A stretch of DNA of 64,000 bases from an uncultured Pseudobdellovibrionaceae bacterium (GTDB taxonomy: Bacteria > Bdellovibrionota > Bdellovibrionia > Bdellovibrionales > UBA1609): contig CAWDNU010000002.1 of the NCBI GenBank assembly GCA_963803705.1, positions 160,753 to 224,752 of the forward strand. Reading direction: 5' to 3'. The notes under the pieces were generated by a model. It saw only the letters and a list, made by a program, of their open reading frames with translations. It did no database searches and was not told the DNA's origin. Positions 20,306 through 29,934 of this stretch are shown piece after piece (position 1 is the first letter of the stretch; each line of letters opens with the position of its first letter). The translations under genes were made by a program, and so were the position numbers.

Positions 20306-20340
20306 AAAAAAGCGCACCCCATTTCGGTGCGCTTTATTTT
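20306..20340. terminator. Terminator between convergent genes
   Basis: AAAAAAGCGCACC-CCATTTC-GGTGCGCTTTATTTT. Confidence 0.8.
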
Positions 20341-20402
20341 TATCTAGAAACCGTCACTGCATCCACAACTGTAGATTCTAGCATGCAGACATTAACCTAC
20401 TT

Positions 20403-20966
20403 TTAAAAAGCAAGACCAATTCTAAAATCACCAGTCGGATTTATTCCTTCAAGATCTTCGATGTCAGATCTGTCTTGGGCGGAAAGGGTGCTATTAGTGA
20501 CTTCTATCTTTGTGCTTTGAGCACCTAAACCGAGCTGTATATTAAAATTGTCCCATCTCCAGAAATAGCCAACTGTTAAGCCCAAAGAGTTGACCTTTAA
20601 GTCCGCAAACTCTGCAGTGTTTGTGTCTTTAACATCACCCTTAACAAAATCACCAAAACCGGTGAAATACCAACCATCATTAAAAACCTCGCTCATAAAA
20701 TACTGAGCTCTTAGACTAAAGCCTTTCGCGTCAGCATCAATGTTGTCATCAAATTCTTGGTCGGAAAGATCAATGATATTGTAACTGCCACCTAAAGTTA
20801 AATTTCTAGTCACAGCCAAATCAGCGCCCAAAGAGTAGACACCCAACAGCCATGTGATTGGATTTGTGTGAATATTTAATCGCTTATTGTTGCCTGAATT
20901 TTGAGCTACAGCCAGATTTGCAATCAGTAGACTTGTTAAAACAATCATGCATTTTTTTAAATTCAT
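20403..20966 (-). CDS. Outer membrane beta-barrel protein (DUF3575-like)
   Basis: Signal peptide, TNPITWLLG, alternating beta strands, terminal Phe (RIGLAF). Confidence 0.75.
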   Translation of the reverse strand: MNLKKCMIVLTSLLIANLAVAQNSGNNKRLNIHTNPITWLLGVYSLGADLAVTRNLTLGGSYNIIDLSDQEFDDNIDADAKGFSLRAQYFMSEVFNDGWYFTGFGDFVKGDVKDTNTAEFADLKVNSLGLTVGYFWRWDNFNIQLGLGAQSTKIEVTNSTLSAQDRSDIEDLEGINPTGDFRIGLAF

Positions 20967-21038
20967 AGATTCTCCTTAATTTTTAAAGTTTAAGGTAGCT
21001 TAAATAAATCTTGTCATCACCTTATTTCAAAAATGACC

Positions 21039-21653
21039 TTAGGGGTAAAGTTGTTTAATATCCCAAAGATCTTTAGAAGACTGCTTATAAGTAAATCTTT
21101 GGTGCAAACGGCATTCACCTTCTTGCCAAAATTCAAAATTTTCAGCCGTGAAATCAAATCCACCCCAGTTTTCAGGCCGAGGAACGCTCTTATTTTTGAA
21201 TTGATTTTCTAAAGATTCTATCCGTTCTAAATATTTTTCAAAGTCTTTTAAAGTGTGACTCTGGTCAGACGATAAGGCGTGTATCTGGCTTTCGAAGGGG
21301 CGGCTAGACCAGTAAGCATCACTTTCATCTGCAGATGACTTATCAGCTTGACCAGTGATACGAATTTGCCGACCGATATCTTTCCAGTAGAATAAAAGAC
21401 AAGCTTTTGGATTATTTAAAAGCTGGTTCCCCTTGTCGCTATTGTAGTTAGTGTAAAATTGGAAAATGGGTGGTTTAAATCCACGAAACAGAACATACCT
21501 GGATCTGGGGTAGCCCTTTTTATCAATAGTTGATAAACACATAGCTTCCGGATACAGCGGAACATGTTTTTTTGCATCTTCATACCATAAATTAAACTGG
21601 CTGAATGGGTTTAAATCTAAATCACTTTTTTTAAGATTTTGAAATCGTTTCAT
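21039..21653 (-). CDS. pdxH: Pyridoxine/pyridoxamine 5'-phosphate oxidase
   Basis: PEAMCLST, FYTNYNSDKG, RQIRI, RPENWGG, EFWQ..RLHQR. Confidence 0.93.
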   Translation of the reverse strand: MKRFQNLKKSDLDLNPFSQFNLWYEDAKKHVPLYPEAMCLSTIDKKGYPRSRYVLFRGFKPPIFQFYTNYNSDKGNQLLNNPKACLLFYWKDIGRQIRITGQADKSSADESDAYWSSRPFESQIHALSSDQSHTLKDFEKYLERIESLENQFKNKSVPRPENWGGFDFTAENFEFWQEGECRLHQRFTYKQSSKDLWDIKQLYP

Positions 21654-21662
21654 CAGGCCTAT

Positions 21663-21929
21663 TTAGATTTTATCTTCAATTTGATTTACTTTATGATCAA
21701 TATAGAATCGAACCTCTTCTGGAGTTCTTAGATTGTCATCGAATACAACGTAGTGTTTCAAGTCTTTTAAAATTTCGAAGCAGTCACTGTTGTCCAAAAA
21801 GTGTGGCGCCAATCGCATGATATAGTTACCGCACTTTCTTTTAAAGTCCCCAAAATCAGGATCAAACACACGATCCAGATTACTTTTAAAATCTTCTATG
21901 GCTTGTCTTTTTTTTATTTGTGTTTCCAT
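21663..21929 (-). CDS. Hypothetical protein
   Basis: 88-aa ORF co-oriented within an operon-like run, AAGGA RBS. Confidence 0.65.
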   Translation of the reverse strand: METQIKKRQAIEDFKSNLDRVFDPDFGDFKRKCGNYIMRLAPHFLDNSDCFEILKDLKHYVVFDDNLRTPEEVRFYIDHKVNQIEDKI

Positions 21930-21959
21930 CTGGTAAATGTCCTTAAGTATCTATAGGGC

Positions 21960-22568
21960 CTAGTTGTAGTAAGGGTTAACGCCTTCGGTGTGCAAAGTAA
22001 CATCGTTAATATTCTTAACATCTGGAAATTCTTTTTTTATAGCCACTTCAATCCCGTCACGCATTGTCTGAGCGGCCATCCCACAACCTTGGCAACCACC
22101 TTGCATTTCTAGATATAAAGTCCCTTTTTGATAATCAATCAGTTGAACCCGCCCACCATGGTCGGCTAACTGCGGATTAATTTGGGCTTCAATAAATTCG
22201 GCCATAGGCTTTGCCTCTTCAGGTAAAACAATTTTTTCTTTTACAGGTTCAGCCTTTGGTTCTTGATTTTCTTCTAAAGTATCAGAGTCTTCGTAGAAGC
22301 TAAAGTGATGTTCAATCATATCGTTTAATGGTTCAGCTAACATAGACCACTCTACCCAGTCTTCTTTTTGTATAATTAAAGACTTAGGTTTAATTTCAAC
22401 ACTAGAAACCCAGGGGAAGCCAAAAATTTTTGAAGCCAGCGGGGACCACTGGGCCTCTGTGCTACTGGTGTAAAACTTTTCAGTTTTCGAAATGTCACCA
22501 CTTAACTGAAAGGTTAAAAATGCATCGGAAAGTTTTTTGTCGTCAAAGCTTGATTCTATTCTTTTCAT
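21960..22568 (-). CDS. NifU/NfuA-family Fe-S carrier (Nfu_N + NifU-C)
   Basis: SPLASKIFGFPWV; INPQLADHGG..GGCQGC. Confidence 0.88.
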   Translation of the reverse strand: MKRIESSFDDKKLSDAFLTFQLSGDISKTEKFYTSSTEAQWSPLASKIFGFPWVSSVEIKPKSLIIQKEDWVEWSMLAEPLNDMIEHHFSFYEDSDTLEENQEPKAEPVKEKIVLPEEAKPMAEFIEAQINPQLADHGGRVQLIDYQKGTLYLEMQGGCQGCGMAAQTMRDGIEVAIKKEFPDVKNINDVTLHTEGVNPYYN

Positions 22569-22595
22569 AATTTATATCACTACCATCTTTTTTTA

Positions 22596-24248
22596 TCACA
22601 TGAAAGTATAGTTTGGTCCACTTCCACCTTCTCTGGGTTCCCAGCGGGGACCTAAAACATCGGTGGCCTTACAATCCACACAGTTAGGGACATTAACCAC
22701 CAACTTATCACCTTGCCGCTCGTATACGCCAGCAGGACACATGCTTGCGTAAAAGTCTGCCAGTTCAGCGGAAATATCTTGGCCCACCATAAGGTGTGGT
22801 GGAATATCATCCCTGGTTTTATTGCCAGAAAGGTACACGCCATCAACTTTTTTCAAACCCGGGTAATCGATGGGGGTGACCGCCAGTTTACTGGTTTCAG
22901 CGTCCTCATGGTCATGAGCCTTCTGAGGAGGAAAAGCACAATTTGTAATTGTCATTAAAGCGGCTTTAAAAGATGCCAGCCAGAAATTACTATTCATGAA
23001 GGCCTGTCTAATGTTTCTAACTTTTTTAAGATCTGAATAGATAAAGCTTTGCTTAAAAGCATTGTCATAACTAGACAAGCTCTGCTGTGTAAAATCATTA
23101 TTTTTTATAGCTGTTGTGATTGTATCTGCTGCTAAGAGACCACTTTTCATAGCATAGTGAATGCCTTTTAGTGCAGGGACATTGACCATACCAGCTGCAT
23201 CTCCACAGATCATCAGGCCATCGCCTGAAAGTTTCTGCGGTAACGAATGAAAACCACCTTCAGGAATCGTTTTTGCGCCCCACTCTACCAGTTCGCCACC
23301 TTCAATAATTGATTTAACTAAAGGGTGGTTTTTTAAGTTCTGCAGCTCACCATGGACATCAAGATTGGATTTTTTATAATCCAGGCCTGCCACTAAACCC
23401 AACGAAACCATATCATCGCCCATTGGGTAAATCCAACTTCCACCAAAAGTGTCCCTAGCTAAGGGCCAACCTAAAGTGTGTATAACGTCATTAAAAGGTT
23501 TTTTAATCTTCCAAACCTCTTTGACTCCTAGGGCATAAATCTGTGGAGCTTTTGACGAAGTGTTTGTCCAATCTAAATAGCTTTGGGTGATGGGCCCACG
23601 GGTGCCTTCACAAAGAACTGTGACTGAGGCCAATATGTCCGTAGGGGGCATGTACTGAGCGCCTTCGGAATTGTCTTTATTTAAACCAGCAGCAGAAGTT
23701 CGAACTCCAATCACTTTTTTGTCTTTAACTAATAAGGCCTTTGCTGGAAAACTGGTGAAAACATTGATCCCTAATTCTTCAGCTTTTTCGCCTAGCCACC
23801 TAACGACTTCACACAAAGAAGCTGCATAATTGCCATGGTTTTTCATCGTTGGAGGTGTAGGCATTCTGACTTTACCTGTAGACGTCAAAAAATATACTTT
23901 TTCTGAATTTACTTTGCCTTTAAACGGAAAATCTTTTTCGCTTAAGTCCGGAAAAAGTTCTTTTAAAGCCACCGGATTAATCACAGAGCCCGACAAAGTA
24001 TGTCCACCTAAGCTTTGGGCCTTTTCTAAAACACCAATTTCTACATCAGGGAAGCTGGGGTCTTTCTCTTTAGCTTTTTTTACATTCAAAGCTAAACGGA
24101 TGGCCCCGCATAAACCCGCAGACCCACCACCCACAAAAAGCACGTCCATAGGCACAGACTCGTCTTCATTAATTGTTGGATTTTCAATAATAAAATCTGA
24201 CAGGGGAAGTGTAGGCTGATGTTTTAAGGGAATAAATGATTGTGACAA
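22596..24248 (-). CDS. Electron transfer flavoprotein-ubiquinone oxidoreductase
   Basis: DVLFVGGGSAG, GGHTLSG, YALGVKEVW, GAKTIPEGG, KGIHYAMKSG, CPAGVY, PREGGSGPNY; TTG start with AAGGAG. Confidence 0.92.
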   Translation of the reverse strand: MSQSFIPLKHQPTLPLSDFIIENPTINEDESVPMDVLFVGGGSAGLCGAIRLALNVKKAKEKDPSFPDVEIGVLEKAQSLGGHTLSGSVINPVALKELFPDLSEKDFPFKGKVNSEKVYFLTSTGKVRMPTPPTMKNHGNYAASLCEVVRWLGEKAEELGINVFTSFPAKALLVKDKKVIGVRTSAAGLNKDNSEGAQYMPPTDILASVTVLCEGTRGPITQSYLDWTNTSSKAPQIYALGVKEVWKIKKPFNDVIHTLGWPLARDTFGGSWIYPMGDDMVSLGLVAGLDYKKSNLDVHGELQNLKNHPLVKSIIEGGELVEWGAKTIPEGGFHSLPQKLSGDGLMICGDAAGMVNVPALKGIHYAMKSGLLAADTITTAIKNNDFTQQSLSSYDNAFKQSFIYSDLKKVRNIRQAFMNSNFWLASFKAALMTITNCAFPPQKAHDHEDAETSKLAVTPIDYPGLKKVDGVYLSGNKTRDDIPPHLMVGQDISAELADFYASMCPAGVYERQGDKLVVNVPNCVDCKATDVLGPRWEPREGGSGPNYTFM

Positions 24249-24440
24249 ATTAGTCTCCTTGAATCCGTTTAAAAAACTTTGAATATTCTAAGTCTAACCT
24301 TGGGGTATAAGCAATCCTAGTTACACTTTAGTGGTTGGCGATAGCCTAAAATGCCTAAAAATTCTTCCTGAGTGGTCTCATGCCGGGAAAGATTGAGAAC
24401 CACTTACATTTCTAGATGGGTCCAATTATCTAAGCAATAG

Positions 24441-24932
24441 GTTGGAACTTTGTATCCACTAGAACAATATGAGCGCGTCTAGAGGGCTAAATTTGACTAT
24501 CATTAATATAAGTGTTCTGAGACCCGGGATCCTACAGAGCTTCAGTATGGGAAATGCCAGTATACTATTAGTGAAGACAATGAGTCGAATGGGATTGAAC
24601 CAGTTTAGGGCATTGTTAGAGCAACAAGTCCTGATAATAAGACATATTCTAAGGTTGAAAATGTTGTCTTCAATGACAAAATAGCTTCTGGAAGCGATTC
24701 CATCGAAACTTGCGATGTTGTGATGGCACCCGACAGCGATAGTCCAACGGGCTATAACTACTTTATGTAATTTAGCGCCAGCGGTAGTGCTGACGGTGAA
24801 GATCCAAAACATAAAATAGGTTTAGCATTTTCAAATGATGGCGTTCATTTTGAATCTCTAAGCCCATCAGAGTTTAAAGAGCCGAGGAAGCTCTTAACCA
24901 CGACTTCCAAACGAGTTCAGGCTTTCGAGTGA
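24441..24932 (+). pseudogene. Remnant of an Asp-box / beta-propeller glycoside-hydrolase-like gene
   Basis: One frame with four in-frame stops reads GIVRATSPDNKTY ... YFM*FSASG ... HKIGLAFSNDGVHF. Confidence 0.55.
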
Positions 24933-24984
24933 AAGGCTGGTACTCAATATTTTCAGTGAATGGTCTTGATTGGACTACAGCTAA

Positions 24985-26097
24985 TCATTTAAATTCTGTT
25001 GGAACTTCAGTTTCGATCTGAAGCTCTTTTTGATAAGCGGGGTGTTTAAAGTTTAGTTTCCAAGCATGCAACATAAGGCGCTTTGCAGATGAATTAGGAT
25101 TATAGAATACGTCTCCTAATATAGGGTAACCAATTGCTTTTAAATGAACACGCAATTGGTGGCTTCTTCCAGTTTTTGGTAAACACTCTAGTAAAAAATT
25201 TGATTTTAAATCTTTCATAATTCTAAAGTCCGTTTCAGATTTGAGACCTTCCTTAGAATCCATCTCAAAATAAAAAGAGTGTTGAGCTTGAGGGCTTTTT
25301 TTTATGAAGCCAGCAACACTAAATTTTAAAAAATCACCAAGAATATTAAAATTTTCGTCCTTTGAGGCTGGCAAATTGGTACCAGCATTGTCCGCTAATT
25401 CACTAAATCTAAAATTGATTGAAGTGTTGTCAGGGCATTTAGTGATTATAGGTTTTACTTTTATTGAGTGTGGATCAATCTCTTTGTTTACTATAGCCAA
25501 GTAAGTTTTTTTTATTTTCTTCTTTTCAAAAAGTGCTGTTAAATTTTTATTAGCGGAAAGTTTCTTGGAAAAAAGAAGTAGACCCGAAGTGTCTTTATCT
25601 AATCGGTGCATTAAGTTTAGATAAGGCGCTTTTAACCCCTTGTTCTTCTTTAGATAAAAACTCATAAGTTGGGAAAGTGCGTGGTCCTCAAACATGTTTA
25701 ATGTAGATTGTGAAGGCAGGCCCGAGGGCTTATTAACCACAACTATATATTCATCTTCATATACAATATCATTTTGACCCAAAGCTTTTTTTATTTCTAA
25801 TTTCTGATTCTTATTTTTAAATAAATTTTCTGGCAGAGCTACAATAAATTTACATTTACCATGAGCCGTAAAAGGTAAATGGGGAACTTTTTTCTGATTG
25901 TAAAAGATCAAACCTTGCCTTACCAACTGCGAGATATCTTCCGAATTTAACTGCAACTTAGGTTTGATTCCGAATTTAAGCCCCCTAGCTATTGGATTAT
26001 CGCCTTCTGATCTGCCCTGAAACCAAAGCTCTAAAAAATTAGATATGCACTGATTTTTATGCTGGTGAGGGTGAGCTGAAATTTGAAGGACTAACAT
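24985..26097 (-). CDS. RluA-family pseudouridine synthase
   Basis: VVNKPSGL, HRLDKDTSG (catalytic Asp), TGRSHQLRVH, PILGD, LMLHA. Confidence 0.92.
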   Translation of the reverse strand: MLVLQISAHPHQHKNQCISNFLELWFQGRSEGDNPIARGLKFGIKPKLQLNSEDISQLVRQGLIFYNQKKVPHLPFTAHGKCKFIVALPENLFKNKNQKLEIKKALGQNDIVYEDEYIVVVNKPSGLPSQSTLNMFEDHALSQLMSFYLKKNKGLKAPYLNLMHRLDKDTSGLLLFSKKLSANKNLTALFEKKKIKKTYLAIVNKEIDPHSIKVKPIITKCPDNTSINFRFSELADNAGTNLPASKDENFNILGDFLKFSVAGFIKKSPQAQHSFYFEMDSKEGLKSETDFRIMKDLKSNFLLECLPKTGRSHQLRVHLKAIGYPILGDVFYNPNSSAKRLMLHAWKLNFKHPAYQKELQIETEVPTEFK

Positions 26098-26114
26098 AGG
26101 CTTTTTGTCTCAGT

Positions 26115-26231
26115 GTCAATTTGTAGAGTCATTGTGTGGTGTCATCGTATAGTGTTATTGTGTAGATTCATTGTGTAGTGTCATTGTGTAGTGTCATTGT
26201 GTAGTGTCATTGTACAGTGTCACTGGGTTTT
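26115..26231. repeat. 13-bp tandem repeat GTCATTGTGTAGT, about 9 degenerate copies
   Basis: Units start at 26115, 26128, 26141, 26154, 26167, 26180, 26193, 26206 and 26219. Confidence 0.9.
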
Positions 26232-26244
26232 GTATAAAATTTCT

Positions 26245-27228
26245 ATGAAGTATAAATGTTTAGTAGCAAATCAAGAAAAAAAATTCTGTGTTGTAGAATC
26301 TAAAGACACAACCTCAATAAATTTGAGCGACGGTGACCTAATTATTAAGTCTATGTATAGCGGGATTAATTATAAAGACGCTTTAGGGGTAACGTTTAGT
26401 GCTCCAATTTTTAAAAAAAAAAGTCTTACACCAGGCATAGACGTTGCCGGCCGGGTCTTTCAATCTAAGTCCAGGTTGTTCAGTGAGGGTGACCTAGTAT
26501 TGGTAAACGGCATGGGTCTAGGTGAGTCCTATGATGGAGGCTTTTCAGAATACGTTAAAGTGGACCAAAGCTCAGTAATTAGTTTACCAAAAGGTTTATC
26601 CGCTAAAGAAGCCATGGCTTTAGGGACCTCGGGGTTCACGGCAGCGCTAGCAGTAGAAAGAATGATTTCAAATGGTCAAACATTTGAGAAAGGCCCGATC
26701 ATTGTATCGGGTGCTACCGGTGGGGTGGGGCAATTCGCAATTCAAATACTGAATCGATTAGGATTTTTAGTAGAAGCCGTAACTTCAAGGCCTCAGTATA
26801 TTGCTGAGCTGGAAGCCTTAGGTGCTCATCATGTAAGTCTTTTAGAAGAGCACTTAACATTCACCAAACCCTTAGAAGGTGTAATCTGGGGTGGGGCTAT
26901 TGATAGCTTAGGCGGCCAATTTCTTCAGAATACTTTACCTAAAGTTCAATTGTGGGGAAACGTGGCCTCAATCGGCATGGCACTAGATAGTGAATTTAAG
27001 TCTTCTGTGATGCCGTTTATCCTTCGTGGAGTAAGCCTGCTGGGTGCAAGCTCAAACAATTGTTCAATGGATTTAAGACAAAAAATCTGGTGCAGACTTG
27101 CTACCGATTGGAAGCCTGCTTTATTAGCGCAGACAATCAATAGTGAAGTCACTTTAGAGGATATTGTAGATGTGTCGAAAAAACTTATCGGGCACATTCA
27201 TTTCGGAAAAACCATTGTCAAATTTTAA
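26245..27228 (+). CDS. YhdH/AcuI-type NADPH oxidoreductase (MDR family)
   Basis: YSGINYKD, PGIDVAG, GTSGFTAAL, SGATGGVG, MPFILRGVSLLG; start placed at ATG 26245 after the repeat. Confidence 0.9.
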   Translation: MKYKCLVANQEKKFCVVESKDTTSINLSDGDLIIKSMYSGINYKDALGVTFSAPIFKKKSLTPGIDVAGRVFQSKSRLFSEGDLVLVNGMGLGESYDGGFSEYVKVDQSSVISLPKGLSAKEAMALGTSGFTAALAVERMISNGQTFEKGPIIVSGATGGVGQFAIQILNRLGFLVEAVTSRPQYIAELEALGAHHVSLLEEHLTFTKPLEGVIWGGAIDSLGGQFLQNTLPKVQLWGNVASIGMALDSEFKSSVMPFILRGVSLLGASSNNCSMDLRQKIWCRLATDWKPALLAQTINSEVTLEDIVDVSKKLIGHIHFGKTIVKF

Positions 27229-27399
27229 GTTTTTTGGAAGTGAAGTTAATTTTGATTGAATATCTTGCTGCTCAGATGAATTATTCAAGTTTGTTACAAA
27301 AAGTCAGTTCGTTTACGATCGTGTAAAATTTTCTACCTAAATTAAGTCTAGGACAAAGCATGATATATTGCTGTCATCTTTTTTAAGCAAAGGATCAGA

Positions 27400-28314
27400 T
27401 TGGTAAACGTTAAGTTTGGATTAAAAATTAACTACAGATTAAAGAACATATTCTATATGTTTATAGCTATTTTTTTCAACCATTTTATGCCTTTAGTTTT
27501 TCAATCAAATTTTGTTTTTGCTACGACTTGTAGCGAAGCGCTGTCTGGCAAACCAAGGCTCACCAGTTCGTGGACCTTGCATAGACCACAAAAAGATTTC
27601 AAATCCTATCAAATAAAACCTGGTGAATTTATTCACGGTACTAGTGCACAAGTTATTGCTCGGGCAATAGAAAGTGGGGCGATCCATGGCAGGTCAGCGT
27701 CGGAATTCACAGCAGCCATTAGCCGTTATTCCAACGGTGAGTTGGCTTTTGACTCAAGATTAATTTATGTTCATAGAGCATTGCAAGCTTCAGAAAAATC
27801 CCTGCAAGAACACGATCAAAATCCGAACTTAGTGATTAGTCCAGATAAAGAGCTTAGATCGTCTATCGGGTATGCCGAGAATGTAGCGCTTGGTCACTCT
27901 TTTGCTGACCTGTTGAATGTCGACTGGGCTAATTTAAATATTTTTTTGTCCAATGACTTAGTTTCAATCCGAAGGGATGAGATGTCTTTTGAATGGCTTA
28001 TAGATCAAAATCCTGAAAACTTGGCTACTCGGACTATTATAGAAACTATCATGAAAGGTAAAACAGATGATGACATCGATGAAATAATCAGACGCGCACC
28101 CCTATACAAAGGCGTGATAGTTATATTTAAAAATACAGTAGCAGAAAAATATAATATTTTACCCGACCCAGAAACAGAAACTGAAAGAGGCGCAATCTTA
28201 GCAAGCAAATCAGGAGTTTCGTTGAGCCAGGTAGACCGAATCTATCCTTTGTCTTGGAACGATTACTATTTAGTTGAAAATGCACTTAACAAAGCAAGAA
28301 GCACTTTAAAATAA
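27400..28314 (+). CDS. Exported hypothetical protein, possible ADP-ribosyltransferase-like fold (start perhaps 27457)
   Basis: Signal-like segment ending FVFA-TTCSEAL; FIHGTS..I..AI.SG motif. Confidence 0.65.
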   Translation: MVNVKFGLKINYRLKNIFYMFIAIFFNHFMPLVFQSNFVFATTCSEALSGKPRLTSSWTLHRPQKDFKSYQIKPGEFIHGTSAQVIARAIESGAIHGRSASEFTAAISRYSNGELAFDSRLIYVHRALQASEKSLQEHDQNPNLVISPDKELRSSIGYAENVALGHSFADLLNVDWANLNIFLSNDLVSIRRDEMSFEWLIDQNPENLATRTIIETIMKGKTDDDIDEIIRRAPLYKGVIVIFKNTVAEKYNILPDPETETERGAILASKSGVSLSQVDRIYPLSWNDYYLVENALNKARSTLK

Positions 28315-28433
28315 GACATTAAACAAAAACGGGTGATCATCTTGCAGGACAACAATTTATAAAATGTGTTTGAGCTTCCATGATTTTTGCCTACAATATA
28401 AATTGCTATTTTAAATTCGACTTTTATTAAATT

Positions 28434-28616
28434 TAGGGCCTGTGGAAGATTCATCTAGGTTTTAAATGCTTTAGATTCAATTGAAGTTGTTTTAAGCGCA
28501 GACTGAGGTTTTTGAAGTGTAGCAATAGCTACATCGAAAAAAGTGAAGGCGAGCACAAAACAAATTCTTTTAAAGATGAAGTAGTAAAAACCTAGATGAA
28601 TCTTCCACAAGCCCTA
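28434..28616. mobile_element. 183-bp MITE-like element, copy 2 (inverted)
   Basis: Reverse complement of 15906-16088 with a few substitutions; same TIRs, TA at both ends. Confidence 0.9.
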
Positions 28617-28670
28617 AATCAATGAAATTTAATACGTGTTAACATTATGACGTCTAGCGGGGGCTTTACT

Positions 28671-29168
28671 ATGAAGTTTTATTTTGCACTAGTTATTACA
28701 TTCAGTTTATTTTCTATTTCTACTAATGCTAAAAATTACAGGCATTTAATCGAGGGCGCTTTTGAATTAAGTAGTCTAAAGTTTGATAATAACCGTGGGT
28801 CATCTTCTAGTTTCGACATAAATGTGAATTACTGGCACAAGTATTCAAGAAAGCTCTATTTAGTAGGTAATTTTGAATTCATAGACGATGACTTAAGAGG
28901 TGACGGCCACCTGTTTGCAGGTGGTGCAGCTTACAATATGGCTGACAACACCGGTGGGGATTTTGAAATCGGACCAGGATTTAGATTTGGACTAATCTCA
29001 TTGGGTGACGAAAGTGGCTTTCTATTTGGCCCATATCTGTTTGTCAGAAACTACTTTAGGGGGACTCGCGCATTTATAAATTTTGAGTTGAGTTACAATT
29101 TCGCCTTTATGGATGACACCGACTTCAGAGGCTTTGTATCTACAGTAGCCCTGGGTATAGCTTTTTAA
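28671..29168 (+). CDS. Small outer membrane beta-barrel protein
   Basis: Signal peptide ending TNA, amphipathic strands, C-terminal LGIAF. Confidence 0.72.
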   Translation: MKFYFALVITFSLFSISTNAKNYRHLIEGAFELSSLKFDNNRGSSSSFDINVNYWHKYSRKLYLVGNFEFIDDDLRGDGHLFAGGAAYNMADNTGGDFEIGPGFRFGLISLGDESGFLFGPYLFVRNYFRGTRAFINFELSYNFAFMDDTDFRGFVSTVALGIAF

Positions 29169-29268
29169 GTTAAAACAGTTATCTAAGCCTATCCTATAGC
29201 TTATATTTATTCTGCTTTAAGAAACTTTTAATCAAGCTCATTGTTAATAGATATAGCAGGAGAAAATA

Positions 29269-29871
29269 ATGAAAAAAATTACTCTTATTTTATTTATCTT
29301 ATTCACAAGTTTACTTGCCCAAGCTCAGCCTGACTTTTATTTTAAAGCTGCAGCAGGACCAAATTGGCAGAGCTCATCAGATTTTTTAGGCGCTAATGTA
29401 AGTTTTGATCCAAGATTTATTGGTACATTCGCGCTTTCAGCCGGCGTTCAAGTTAATTCATTTTTTGGCTCAGAAATTGAGCTTAGTTATCGATCTGCGA
29501 ACATAGACGATATAGATCGCATGCCGTGGTTTGGTGATCTTAGTTCGTCTGCCCTTATGTTTAATGCTGTAGGCAGATTGCCTATCATACCCGGTTTGTA
29601 CGCCACTCTCGGCGGAGGAGTAGGATTTTTAAGTGCTGAGCTTTACGATTCAGACTCTGATGAGTACGCAGATGGATCAAGTTTTGCCTCTCAATTTATG
29701 GTTGGCCTTGAAATGGAATTTGCAGATAATGTAAATTTCTATATAGAGTACAAGCAAATAGCAGCAATCGATCTAGAGCTAAATGGATTTGATTCAGTGT
29801 CTGGACCATTTGAAGAAGATTTGTCCTATACTAATGGCTCTGTCTTGATTGGTGGGAAGGTAACTTTTTAA
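29269..29871 (+). CDS. Outer membrane beta-barrel protein (OMP_b-brl / OmpW-like)
   Basis: Signal AQA-Q, EIELSYR, ALMFNA, GGGVG, FASQFMVG, terminal Phe; AGGAG RBS. Confidence 0.8.
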   Translation: MKKITLILFILFTSLLAQAQPDFYFKAAAGPNWQSSSDFLGANVSFDPRFIGTFALSAGVQVNSFFGSEIELSYRSANIDDIDRMPWFGDLSSSALMFNAVGRLPIIPGLYATLGGGVGFLSAELYDSDSDEYADGSSFASQFMVGLEMEFADNVNFYIEYKQIAAIDLELNGFDSVSGPFEEDLSYTNGSVLIGGKVTF

Positions 29872-29934
29872 AATTTTGTTATTTCGGTAGCTGAATAAGG
29901 TCAGCTTCAAATTCAAATTGACATTCAAATTCAC

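Noticed and set aside
24459..24812. ORFs 24459-24812 (-) and 24469-24684 (+)
   Set aside because: Alternative frames over the glycosidase-like pseudogene with no protein-like features
26191..26244. N-terminal extension of the YhdH ORF from GTG 26191
   Set aside because: Derived from the 13-bp repeat; family similarity starts at ATG 26245
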